From Candidatus Hydrogenedentota bacterium (GTDB taxonomy: Bacteria; Hydrogenedentota; Hydrogenedentia; Hydrogenedentales; SLHB01), in NCBI GenBank assembly GCA_045863335.1, contig BTVY01000009.1, positions 1-64,000 of the forward strand: 64,000 bases of DNA. The letters are read 5' to 3'. The notes under the pieces were generated by a model that ran no database searches, was not told the DNA's origin, and worked only from the letters and a program-made list of their open reading frames with translations. Numbering within the stretch: position 1 is the first letter of the stretch; each line of letters starts with the position of its first letter. This document shows positions 40,086 to 50,482 of this stretch, piece after piece. The position numbers and the translations under genes were made by a program.

Positions 40086-40859
40086 ATGCTGCTGGTCATT
40101 GACGTGGGCAACTCGCACACGGTGCTCGGCCTGTATGAGGGCGACGCGCTCCGGGCCAACTGGCGCCTGGTTACTTCGTACAAGACCGCGGACGAATTGC
40201 TCGTGCTCTACACCATGCTGTTCAAGCAACAAGGCCTCGACCCCATGGAGGTAAACGGCTGCTGTATATCGAGCGTCGTGCCGCAGTTCAACCACGAGTT
40301 GGAAACGGTATGCAAGCGGGCCTTTGAAGTCACGCCACTTTTTGTGGGGCCGGGGATTCGCACGGGCATCGTCATTCAGGTGGACAATCCCAAAGAGGTG
40401 GGCGCGGACCGCATCGTGAACGCCGTCGCCGCGGTGGAAGAGTACTCGGGGCCGCTAATCGTGGTGGATTTCGGTACGGCCACGACCTTTGATGCCATTT
40501 CGGATGTCCGCGAATACCGGGGCGGCGTGATCGTGCCTGGCTTGCAGATTTCCGCCGATGCCTTGTTCGAGAAGTGCGCGAAGCTGCCTCGCGTGGAGAT
40601 TGCGCGGCCGGAAAACGTCATTGGAAAAGACACCATTTCCCACATCCGTGCCGGGCTGACCTACGGCTATACGGATCTCGTGGATGGCTTGATCGGCCGT
40701 ATTTCCGCGGAGATGGAAGCGACTCCGACCGTGGTTGCCACGGGCGGTTTTGCAGGGCTCATCGCGAAGATCAGCACCAAGATCGACCACGTCGATCCTT
40801 TGCTGACCCTGAAGGGACTCAAGGCGGTTTACCGCAAGAACGAAAAGGTGCAGGCATGA
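40086..40859 (+). CDS. coaX: Type III pantothenate kinase
   Basis: IDVGNS, SSVVP, VGADR, DFGTATT, TGG. Confidence 0.95.
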   Translation: MLLVIDVGNSHTVLGLYEGDALRANWRLVTSYKTADELLVLYTMLFKQQGLDPMEVNGCCISSVVPQFNHELETVCKRAFEVTPLFVGPGIRTGIVIQVDNPKEVGADRIVNAVAAVEEYSGPLIVVDFGTATTFDAISDVREYRGGVIVPGLQISADALFEKCAKLPRVEIARPENVIGKDTISHIRAGLTYGYTDLVDGLIGRISAEMEATPTVVATGGFAGLIAKISTKIDHVDPLLTLKGLKAVYRKNEKVQA

Positions 40860-41464
40860 AGACGATGCATCTCATACCATGGGCGCTTGCACTGGCGCTG
40901 GCCGCCGGGTGCAACAAACCGGCTTCGGAGACTCCGAAGGACGACGCGCCTTCCGAAACGGCAACCCAGACGACAGGCGGTTCAACCGCTGCAGCGCCAG
41001 AAAGCGCTCAGGTTAACATGACGGGCAGCATGACGCTGCGTCTGTTTGAACCTGACCTGGAAGGGGGCGAATCGCGCGAGGCGAGCTTCGAGATTTCGTC
41101 GCCCCAGTGTTCGCTGCTCGAGGACGGCCTGTGGGCGTTGACGCCGGCCACGGCCATCATCTACGGCGATGACGGCGAACAGACGACCTTTGAAGCGGGC
41201 AGCGCCGAGTTCAACGAGAACGCGGATACCGCGTCGTTGCGCGACGGCGTTACCGTGGACTTTGGCCAACAACACGTCGAGTTGGAGGACATGACCTGGA
41301 GCAACGCGGAGAGTCTCGCGACTTCGGACAACCCGCTCACGCTGACCGACGGTGAAACCCGGCTGTCCGCACAGGGCATGGAGTTTCATTCGGATTCAAA
41401 GAAGCTCCAGCTGAACGGCGTCACGGGGACGGTAAGCCTGCAACAGGGAGGGGCGGAATCATGA
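40856..41464 (+). CDS. LptC-like beta-jellyroll protein with a lipoprotein signal
   Basis: ALAAGC lipobox, beta-repeat pattern ending SAQGM..L.GV.G; lies before lptA-like and lptB genes. Confidence 0.65.
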   Translation: MKTMHLIPWALALALAAGCNKPASETPKDDAPSETATQTTGGSTAAAPESAQVNMTGSMTLRLFEPDLEGGESREASFEISSPQCSLLEDGLWALTPATAIIYGDDGEQTTFEAGSAEFNENADTASLRDGVTVDFGQQHVELEDMTWSNAESLATSDNPLTLTDGETRLSAQGMEFHSDSKKLQLNGVTGTVSLQQGGAES

Positions 41465-42891
41465 CCGCGCGCGTTCTCGCAGTCGCAACGCTTTTGTTCG
41501 GCACATTCCTCGCTGCGGCGCAGACAGGTTCGACTCAGTACTCCTATATCGATATCGACAAAGCCGCGCCGCTGGTCGAGTTTGAAAACTCGCGGTTAAC
41601 GCGGATCTCGGGTGGTGTGGAAATTGTGTTGCGCGGCGCGGACGAATCCGTCCGGCCCATGCAACTCGAAGCCCAGGAGATCGCCTTTACCTGGTCTGAT
41701 CAAGGCAATTCGCCGACGACCATCAACCTGAACGAAAGCGTACGCGTGGATAGTCCGCAGGGCGACATCCGTTCCGCGCGCGCTGTGTTGGATCTTAATG
41801 GCGGCGTGCTCACCTTCACCGGAAGCGTCAGCGGGACGTCGGAGCAGATTACGTCGTTTGAAGCGGACGAGATCGTATACGACCTCGATTCTGGCGATTC
41901 GGAGATGATCAATCTGCGCGCCGCGGGCATCGGGCTCGGCGGCGGCGAAGGCGATGTGTCGGCGCCAGACTCCGGGTACTCGGAGATGGATATCGACCGG
42001 GCCGGCGCGGTGAAGTTCGTGGACGGGCAAGTCGAAACCATGTCCGGCGGCGTTTCGATTACCCTGCAACCGGCCCAGGCCAACGCGCAACGCCTCAAGC
42101 TGGGCGCCTCAACGGTCGGGATCGCGTGGGCGCCCTCGGGCCAGCCGGCCGCAATTCAGATGCGCGGCAGCGTGCGGGTGGACGGTCCCCAGGGCGATAT
42201 CCGCTCGGAAAAAGCGGATCTCAATCTTGGCAAGAAGACGCTGGAGTTCACAGGGAACGTCAAAGGCACGACCGAACAGATCGAGGCCTTCGATACCGAC
42301 ACGTTGACGTACAATCTCGATTCCGGCGACACGCTCATGACCAACCTTCGCGCGCAAGGGCTGGATATCGGCCAACCGGAACCCGAGGGGGAATCTGGCG
42401 AAGAAGAATCGGCTAGCCCCTTTACCAAGATGGATATCGAGAAAGCGCCGGAAGTATCCATGACGGCGGGAACCTTGAACTGGATGCGGGGCGGCGTGCA
42501 AATTCGCATCCACGGACGCGAGGAAGATGCGCCGCCGCTGACGCTCGATGCGAGCGAACTCACGTTTGCCTATTCGGAGGGCGCGACGTCGCCGGACCGG
42601 GTTGTCATGACGGGGGACGTTGTGGTCGACGGACCCAGTACCGACATTACTTCCGACACCGCCGAGCTGAACATGGCGAGCAACACGCTGACCTTTACGG
42701 GGAACGTGAAAGGCAGTCAGCCCGGCCTGACCGGCGCCACCGCCCGGCGAGTGGTCTACGATCTCGTGACCGGAAACATGAGCATGCAGGGAACGTCTAT
42801 CCGGGAGATGGACCACCGCCGCATGAACGAAGAAACGGACAAGACCGAAGCTGAAACTACGGAAGCGGATGCTGGCTCCGCGCCGCAGTGA
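41461..42891 (+). CDS. LptA/OstA-like protein with three tandem beta-jellyroll repeats
   Basis: Three ~130-aa repeats (.DI.KA...GGV.I...V.VD.P..DI.S..A.L....L.FTG.V.G...Y.L..G); lies between lptC-like and lptB. Confidence 0.7.
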   Translation: MTARVLAVATLLFGTFLAAAQTGSTQYSYIDIDKAAPLVEFENSRLTRISGGVEIVLRGADESVRPMQLEAQEIAFTWSDQGNSPTTINLNESVRVDSPQGDIRSARAVLDLNGGVLTFTGSVSGTSEQITSFEADEIVYDLDSGDSEMINLRAAGIGLGGGEGDVSAPDSGYSEMDIDRAGAVKFVDGQVETMSGGVSITLQPAQANAQRLKLGASTVGIAWAPSGQPAAIQMRGSVRVDGPQGDIRSEKADLNLGKKTLEFTGNVKGTTEQIEAFDTDTLTYNLDSGDTLMTNLRAQGLDIGQPEPEGESGEEESASPFTKMDIEKAPEVSMTAGTLNWMRGGVQIRIHGREEDAPPLTLDASELTFAYSEGATSPDRVVMTGDVVVDGPSTDITSDTAELNMASNTLTFTGNVKGSQPGLTGATARRVVYDLVTGNMSMQGTSIREMDHRRMNEETDKTEAETTEADAGSAPQ

Positions 42892-42922
42892 TGGGTTGTG
42901 ACAAGCACTGGGTGGGGAACAA

Positions 42923-43252
42923 GAACATCCCCCTTGATCCCCCTTCAAAGGGGGAACAAGACGACCTTCGGATTGACGGTCGTCACGGAATTGCCCCTTG
43001 ATCCCGATTTTAAGTGAGTGAGACAACGCGGTCGGGTTGGCGGTCGCTCCGGCCTTGCCCCTTGATCCTGCTTCAAAAGCGGAGCAAGGCAACGCGATGC
43101 GTGTGCAAAGGTTGGCCACCAAAACGTTGTCGGGGCTGTTAGAGCTGCCGTTCGCCATGATTGGGCGGTGCATGGTAAGTTGCGCCGCGAAGCAGGCGCC
43201 GGTGACTCCCCCTTTGAAGGGGGCAAGGCCCAAAGGGCCGCGGGGGATGTTC
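42923..43252. repeat. Inverted pair of REP-like palindromes enclosing a ~250-bp spacer inside the lpt operon
   Basis: GAACATCCCCC..CCCCCTTCAAAGGGGGA (42923-42955) versus TCCCCCTTTGAAGGGGG..GGGGGATGTTC (43207-43252); internal direct repeat TTGCCCCTTGATCC at 42991 and 43055. Confidence 0.75.
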
Positions 43253-43301
43253 CTGGGTGGACCAGGACCCCGGACCCGAAAGCAGTTGACGAGGGAGAAC
43301 A

Positions 43302-44045
<744 letters not shown>

Positions 44046-44071
44046 GTGCGAGAGCACTCCTATTCGACCGC

Positions 44072-44107
44072 GTCCATACAGTCCATCCTGTCCATAACGT
44101 CCATCGC
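44072..44107. repeat. Four copies of a 9-bp tandem repeat GTCCATNNN
   Basis: gtccataca gtccatcct gtccataac gtccatcgc. Confidence 0.85.
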
Positions 44108-44286
44108 GCGCTCTCGGTACTTCGATTCATCCGCCGATAGCGAGGGGCGATATAGGCAAAAATGGTTGCCGTCCACTTTGGTTACCGAAATAGGGGGTGT
44201 AGTTTAATTAGTAGTCCACGAGTTTTCATTGCATATTTACTACAAGAAGTGGTTTCCGATTGGGCATTTTGTGCGAAGGTGGAGGG

Positions 44287-47200
44287 TCATTCCTGGCGGA
44301 TTAGATCGATACGTTCTTCTTGATCGGTGCGAAGTTTTCCCTCCGCGAGCATCTCACGAACTACTGCCTTGATGCTCCCTCTTATTCCCTCGAAAATGAT
44401 CTGAAAGCCGAAGTTGGTGCCAACTGTCTTCGCCAATTCATCGATGGGTGTGGCGTACTGGACTTCAAGAACCCTCAAGACTGCCGCACGGACCTCGTCC
44501 GGAGATATCTTTTCTATGTCAAGCAGGTTGTCCGCATCCCTACGTCTGGGTACCACCCCACCCGGACGCCGAACATCATAGAAGCCATTGGCCTTCCTCT
44601 GGACCAAGCCGCGCCTGACCGCTTCTCTTTTCGCCAGGTTTATGTGCTCCTTAATTCGACTGCCCGTCCGCTGGATGGAGAAGGCATCCATAATACGGCG
44701 ATCCACAAAGTCTCCATGGACGGGTCCCTCAACTGAGACAATCTTCCCGATCAATCTGGCTACTTCGTCAACCGCTGTATCAAGGAAGTTCGAGGACGGA
44801 TTGACGCGATTCGTGTTGAAAACCTTGTATGCGATGAACCCGCAATCAGCTCTTGTTGAGACCTGTCCAAATCCCTCTCCTGGCGTGTACTCCAAATCCC
44901 CGTTCAAGTCCCTAAGAGTGGGTTCCGTCGGTGCAACATCTGCCGACGGTCGCGGCGAGTAGAAATCGTATGGCACGGACTTTGCCGCCTCTATCGCAAG
45001 GAGTAGATTGTCGCGTGCGCTTTGACGGTGACGATACCAATCTGTTGACCAGATACGGTGTATGCGATTGGACCAGCCCTTGTCCTCTAAGATCTGCTGT
45101 CTCAAACGATCTCGCTCGCGTGCGACAACCGACCTGTGGTATCGGTATCCGTCACATTCAACGCCGAGTAGATACCGTCCAGGATGTTGCGGGTCCACCA
45201 CAGCTAGATCAATCCGGTAACCTGCGCAACCAACCTGTTTGTGAACTTCGTGACCGTTCGCGCGCAAGAACTCATATACGGACTCCTCGAACGGTGAGTC
45301 TGAATCCGTGGCGTGCATGGAGATTTCCGGCATCGCCCCCTTCTCCGCGAACTCCAAGAACATCTTCAATGACTTTGGCCCATAGCCGGCCGTGGCAGGC
45401 AGCTTTAGGTCATCTGCTCGGAAATTGGAGAAGACAACGCACTTCTCTCTCGCTCGGGTGAAAAGGACGTTAAGTCTTCGGTGTCCGCCGTCTTTATTGA
45501 CAGGCCCAAAATTGCTCGTCAGCCGTCCCGTTTCGTCGAAACCGTAACAAACACTGATTAGAATCACGTCTCGTTCGTCACCCTGAATAGTCTCCAGGTT
45601 CTTCACGAATACCGGTTCCGCGCGAGTGTTCGAGAAGAACGGCTCAAGGTCTGGCCGACGGATCATCTCAAACTCGATAAGCTCAAGTATCAACTGCTGC
45701 TGCTTGATATTGAACGTACCGATTCCGATGGTCTTGTCGGGGAAATCTTCCAAGTGCTTGATTAACGCCGCAACTACTCTCTTTGCTTCTTCAGGATTAG
45801 TTTGACTTCGGCCACGTCCATACACCCCCTCGGGAACGTGTTGGAATTGCATGCCGATCACTTCAGTCTTGGAAGTAGGGGATGGGAAGACGTTCAACGC
45901 ATTGTCGTAGAACTGGTGATTTGAAACCGCGATCAGGGAATGGTGCCTGCTGCGATAGTGCCACTTCAGAGTCTCACAATCGAAAGCTCTAAGGCATTGG
46001 TGCAGGATGCTCTCCACATCGGCGGCTCTCGCGACTGGGTCATCCTCGTCATCCTCGTCAATTCTGTCAATATCGAAAAAGGAAGTTGGCGGCAACTGCT
46101 TTGTGTCACCGACGACAAGCAACTGATTGCCACGTAGCACGGCCCCGATCCCATCTTCGGGTTTAACCTGGCTTGCTTCGTCGAATACGATTACGTCAAA
46201 GGAGGTAATGCGTGGGTCCAGGTATTGCGCAACGGACAAGGGGCTCATCATGAAGCAAGGTTTAATCTTCTGAATCAACTTGCCCGTAGTTTTGAGTAAG
46301 CGTCGAATAGGCATGTGTCCACGCTGCCGTTGCATCTGTCCAAGGAGGATGCCGGCTTCAGAGTTTGGACTAGCGCCACCTTGCACGGGCGGGATCCTGC
46401 TCGTGCAGGTCTCCTCGGCATATTTCTGGGTCAGCCTAATGGATTCCCGGTCGGCGTCTGCAAACTGGGTTCTGCGCTTTTCATATTGGTCCTTGTCAAA
46501 TGACCGAAGCGCATCTCTTTCTCTGAAAGCAACCGTTAGGAGGGCTTCTGCGTAATTGCCCTTGAAGCACGGTATGACGTCTTCCGGGTCAATTTCACCA
46601 CGAGCTATGACCTCCAAGAGCGGTGCCGCGATAGACTCAGCACATTGCTGGTACAAGCTCCGATACTGTGACCACTGTTGCATTCGTTCGACGTTCTCGG
46701 AAAGTCCCTCAAGAGTAGTCCGGATGCGATGCCAACTCACATCCTGAGGTCTGTAATCGAATACGTCCTCGAATTTCGCACGGTACTCATTGATGATTCC
46801 CCCAACGCGTTGGTCTAGCTCCCGCTCCGCTTGACACACCGCGTTCCACAATTGGCGGATTTGATCCCGGTTCAGCCCCGAGTCCAATGCGTCATAGAAT
46901 ACGGTTCTTGCGATCTCCCCGCGTTCTGTACGCAACTTGAAAGCGGTGATCCATGTCAGCGCACGTTCAACGGTCTCGTGAGATGTGTCTGGACCGTTCC
47001 AGACGCTTCCCAAAGCATCTCCCGCTTCCAAAGAGAGGTGTCTAATCTCTTTGAGTCGTTGCAGATAGACCAGAAGGTGCTGGAAGTCAGTCACGATTTC
47101 AGAATTCGACAAACGGCGGCGAACGGAATACGCCGAACGTAGCTTTCGCTTGAGTGTTCGGTATCGTCCATTAAGAATTGCGAAGAACTTTGTACTTAAC

Positions 47201-49089
47201 GAGCGGAACTCCTCGATTTCCGGGCGCCAGTCTCGTTCCTCGGGGTTGTCACCAAAACGCTGAGCTATGTATTCTCGCTCTGCCTGAAATTCTCGTAAGG
47301 CAGAGATCAATGTGACGACACGCTCGCGAGAAGACCATAGAGGCGATTCCAGGTTTTCTCTTCTCAGTTCGGGCATTTCCAGGATCTGTTGAGCGGCCTC
47401 TTTCCTCGTACGCAATGCGGCCGGCGTATCTGGATATGCAAGCCCGGTCTTGGTCGAAAGGGCTTCGAGGGTCTTGAGCAGCTTGGATAGTCTCGTCAGC
47501 GCATCCTGAATCGCGGTTCCAGCTTCCTCTTGCTGGCGGGGAAGTATCAAATCCAACTGGAAGGCGCGCCACGGGTGTTCGCTTGGTGGTCCAAGAGCAC
47601 GGAGCATCACAACAAGATTATCCAAGACGTAAAGTGCGTGCTCCCAGTCACTTTCCGTTCTCTCGTGCGTACGTGAATCCATGTTCACGCGGATCAGTGT
47701 ATTTCCGGTGTCCTCAAAATGTCGGACGGACTGCTCGAACATGCCAAAGAGCGTGTATGGGTTCTTACCGGTGGCACCAACCGTCTCCCGCAAGGCCGTC
47801 GCGTATGCGTTCAATTCGGCCCGCAATCGGTTGGCCTTCTGCTGCAAGCTGTCAGGTGGAGCCGGATCGACCTGAGTTCGGCGTAAGGTGCGCTTTATGT
47901 CAGCAAGGAACTCCTTCTTATTTGTCTTCCGGCTGTGCAATTCGAGGCAAGCGAAGCCCAAACCAACGCTGTCAAGTCGGGACTTCACGACTTCAAGAGC
48001 CGCCATCTTCTCGCTCACGAAGAGTACGGTCTTTCCTTGAACAAGTAACTCCGCAATGATGTTTGCAATGGTCTGCGATTTGCCGGTACCCGGCGGTCCC
48101 TCGACTACCAGATTATGTCCGGACTTCGTGCGCTCGATCACGACCATTTGGGACGGATCGGAGTCCATAACATGGTGAACGTATCGCCAATCGATGGTGT
48201 CATCAGATATTGAGACGGGTTCGCCCTCGCTAAACCCTTCCGCACGTGCGGGAGAAAGCAAGTCCGCGAGCAGTGGCTTCTCCCATAGCTCCGTCGTCTC
48301 GGTCCAGGTCGAGGGATCAAGATCCTTGTACATGACGAATTTCGTGAAGCTAAAGAAATCCAGGTGAATATCCTGGGTTATTGCCCAACTCGCTTTGTGA
48401 CGAATGGCCTCACTCACAGCAGTAAAGTATGCATCAATGTTTACGTCGTCCGTGTCTGAGCCGAACTCGGGCAACTCAACAGAATAGTCACGAAGCTTCT
48501 CCCTCAGGGAGATATTGTAGACGACCTCATCCCCCGTCCATTTCACACGAAAGGAACGTCCGGCGCGTGTTCGTACTAATTCAACCGGCACCAGTATCAA
48601 CGGTGCCTTTAGATCCTCGTCTCCTTGCGTCTCCTCCCGCCATTTGAGAAATCCAAGGGCAAGAAAGAGGACTCCATACCCCTGTTCCTCAAGAACTTCT
48701 CGGGCCTTCTGGTTAATATAGAAGAGGCGCTTTTGGAGTTTGTCAGCCTCATACGGAGTCTGAAGCTTCAAGTCGGTGTGCCTTTCGTGCAATTCCTCCG
48801 GGGCTGGCACGACATCCCATAGCGACTCTTGGATTTGATCAAAACTACCCTCGTCTTCGTCAGGATCGATAAAGACGTCACCAGGGCGTAGTGCCGAGAA
48901 ACTCATCGCCTTTTCTTCCAGGACGAGAAGGCGGAATACCTCGGTGGGCATTTCGTCAACAATTGTGAGGGTTCGTTGCTTCGAGGGTCTGTACTTGAGA
49001 AGTCGGTTCCGGAATGTCAGGTCGAGCAACTTCGTCCGGAGCCGATCCAGTTCTGACTTCATCGCCTCAGCTCGTTCCTCAGCCAGCAT
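44287..49089 (-). CDS. DUF4011 - SF1 helicase - Vsr-like nuclease - DUF3320 protein (Hhe-type antiphage protein)
   Basis: LLDL..RNRLL N-terminus, GPPGTGKSQT, DEASQ, HYRS, QGDERD, SPFE..V..GYRIDL..ECDG..YH..RD..RQ..GW..RIWSTDW, EGPVH; more AT-rich than flanks. Confidence 0.88.
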   Translation of the reverse strand: MLAEERAEAMKSELDRLRTKLLDLTFRNRLLKYRPSKQRTLTIVDEMPTEVFRLLVLEEKAMSFSALRPGDVFIDPDEDEGSFDQIQESLWDVVPAPEELHERHTDLKLQTPYEADKLQKRLFYINQKAREVLEEQGYGVLFLALGFLKWREETQGDEDLKAPLILVPVELVRTRAGRSFRVKWTGDEVVYNISLREKLRDYSVELPEFGSDTDDVNIDAYFTAVSEAIRHKASWAITQDIHLDFFSFTKFVMYKDLDPSTWTETTELWEKPLLADLLSPARAEGFSEGEPVSISDDTIDWRYVHHVMDSDPSQMVVIERTKSGHNLVVEGPPGTGKSQTIANIIAELLVQGKTVLFVSEKMAALEVVKSRLDSVGLGFACLELHSRKTNKKEFLADIKRTLRRTQVDPAPPDSLQQKANRLRAELNAYATALRETVGATGKNPYTLFGMFEQSVRHFEDTGNTLIRVNMDSRTHERTESDWEHALYVLDNLVVMLRALGPPSEHPWRAFQLDLILPRQQEEAGTAIQDALTRLSKLLKTLEALSTKTGLAYPDTPAALRTRKEAAQQILEMPELRRENLESPLWSSRERVVTLISALREFQAEREYIAQRFGDNPEERDWRPEIEEFRSLSTKFFAILNGRYRTLKRKLRSAYSVRRRLSNSEIVTDFQHLLVYLQRLKEIRHLSLEAGDALGSVWNGPDTSHETVERALTWITAFKLRTERGEIARTVFYDALDSGLNRDQIRQLWNAVCQAERELDQRVGGIINEYRAKFEDVFDYRPQDVSWHRIRTTLEGLSENVERMQQWSQYRSLYQQCAESIAAPLLEVIARGEIDPEDVIPCFKGNYAEALLTVAFRERDALRSFDKDQYEKRRTQFADADRESIRLTQKYAEETCTSRIPPVQGGASPNSEAGILLGQMQRQRGHMPIRRLLKTTGKLIQKIKPCFMMSPLSVAQYLDPRITSFDVIVFDEASQVKPEDGIGAVLRGNQLLVVGDTKQLPPTSFFDIDRIDEDDEDDPVARAADVESILHQCLRAFDCETLKWHYRSRHHSLIAVSNHQFYDNALNVFPSPTSKTEVIGMQFQHVPEGVYGRGRSQTNPEEAKRVVAALIKHLEDFPDKTIGIGTFNIKQQQLILELIEFEMIRRPDLEPFFSNTRAEPVFVKNLETIQGDERDVILISVCYGFDETGRLTSNFGPVNKDGGHRRLNVLFTRAREKCVVFSNFRADDLKLPATAGYGPKSLKMFLEFAEKGAMPEISMHATDSDSPFEESVYEFLRANGHEVHKQVGCAGYRIDLAVVDPQHPGRYLLGVECDGYRYHRSVVARERDRLRQQILEDKGWSNRIHRIWSTDWYRHRQSARDNLLLAIEAAKSVPYDFYSPRPSADVAPTEPTLRDLNGDLEYTPGEGFGQVSTRADCGFIAYKVFNTNRVNPSSNFLDTAVDEVARLIGKIVSVEGPVHGDFVDRRIMDAFSIQRTGSRIKEHINLAKREAVRRGLVQRKANGFYDVRRPGGVVPRRRDADNLLDIEKISPDEVRAAVLRVLEVQYATPIDELAKTVGTNFGFQIIFEGIRGSIKAVVREMLAEGKLRTDQEERIDLIRQE

Positions 49090-49576
49090 GAACGCACTCC
49101 CGTTCCAAAAATCTTCGACAGAAACCCCGCTTTCCTACATCCGATCTGCGGAACACTCCACCCGGTCTTGAGCGGCCAGAGGCACTGATTGCCCGCTTCC
49201 TAAGAATTCGCAGAGAATCAGTATGGCGTTGTCAGGTTTCCTATTCAAGGACACATGCAAGGTCCCAGACCGGAAAGGGATTGGGCATTACTAATGCATG
49301 GTGAAGCGGTCACGGGAAATTGGAGAATAATTGTGGACAACGATTTCTTGGACGCCCCTCCTTTAACGGTCGATGCCGTTTGGATGAAATCCGAAGTCCC
49401 GGTGAATCTGTGATCTTTCCCTAACGCTACGACTGGAGCCGGGATTGCGCAAGGGTTGGCACAGAGCTCGGTGGGTGTGGGCGGTCTGCGCCGGGGCCCG
49501 AATCGCGATCAGCCATGCCGGACGTACGCGGGGCAATGCCTCACTCGGTACGCCTACCTGTGGACGCGATCGGTCC

Positions 49577-50455
49577 CTACCCGTTGCTGGCGAGTCCCAG
49601 ATTTTCTGCGATGCGGCGGAAGAAGCCGGCTTTTGATTCGCCGGGTTGGTCGAGGCGTTGCTGATCGATGCGGGTGGCGAGTTCTTTCATGGCCTTCGCG
49701 GCGGAGCAACTGGGGTAGCGGAGGCTGAAGGGGTTGGACTGCATGACGGCCTGGGAGACGTGGGGGTCGCGGGGGACGTAGCCCACGTAGGAGATCTTCC
49801 GGCCGAGGAACTGCTGGGCGACCTGGGACATTTTGGTGGCGACGGCGCGGGCCTGTGCCTCGTTGAGGGCCATATTCACGATGAGGCGGAACACGGCGTC
49901 CTCGCGCATCTGGAATATGGTCTTGATCATGGCGTAGGCATCCACGATGGAGGACGGCTCCGGCGTGGTCACCAGCAGGATTTCGTCAGCGGCGGCGGCG
50001 AAAGCGACGGCGTTCTGGCCGATGCCCGCCATGGTGTCGATGATGATGAAGTCGCTGCTCCCCTGGAGGTCTTCGAGTCCGCCCAGCACGTTCTGCCGGG
50101 CCTTGGGTCCCATGTCGGCGAGCCGAGCGATGCCGGAACTGCCGGGCACCACGTTGATCCCGCCGGGACCCTGCACGAGCACGTCGAGCATGGAACGTTC
50201 GCCGCTAATGACGTGCTGCAGATTGTAGAGCGAATTCAGGCCGAGCAGGACTTCCACGTTGGCGAGGCCGAGGTCCGCGTCGATGATGGACACGGTCTTC
50301 CCCTTGGACGCGAGCGCGATGGCGAGGTTGATGCTCGTGTTCGTCTTGCCGACGCCGCCTTTGCCGCTGGTGACCGCGAGGACGCGCCCGCCGTTCTGGT
50401 GCTGCCGAACGAATTCCCGAAGGTTTTGCGCTTGATCTGCCACGTTTGGTTTCAC
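49577..50455 (-). CDS. flhG: MinD-like flagellar number regulator FlhG/FleN
   Basis: DQA..LR, SGKGGVGKT, DADLGLAN, TPEP..DAY; follows flhF. Confidence 0.92.
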   Translation of the reverse strand: MKPNVADQAQNLREFVRQHQNGGRVLAVTSGKGGVGKTNTSINLAIALASKGKTVSIIDADLGLANVEVLLGLNSLYNLQHVISGERSMLDVLVQGPGGINVVPGSSGIARLADMGPKARQNVLGGLEDLQGSSDFIIIDTMAGIGQNAVAFAAAADEILLVTTPEPSSIVDAYAMIKTIFQMREDAVFRLIVNMALNEAQARAVATKMSQVAQQFLGRKISYVGYVPRDPHVSQAVMQSNPFSLRYPSCSAAKAMKELATRIDQQRLDQPGESKAGFFRRIAENLGLASNG

Positions 50456-50482
50456 CCTATGTTGGGGCGCGATGCGCCGGTC

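Noticed and set aside
43037-43301. Long upstream ORF or N-terminal extension before lptB
   Set aside because: Different frame from lptB, and it reads through REP palindromes (TPPLKG is a repeat translation artefact).
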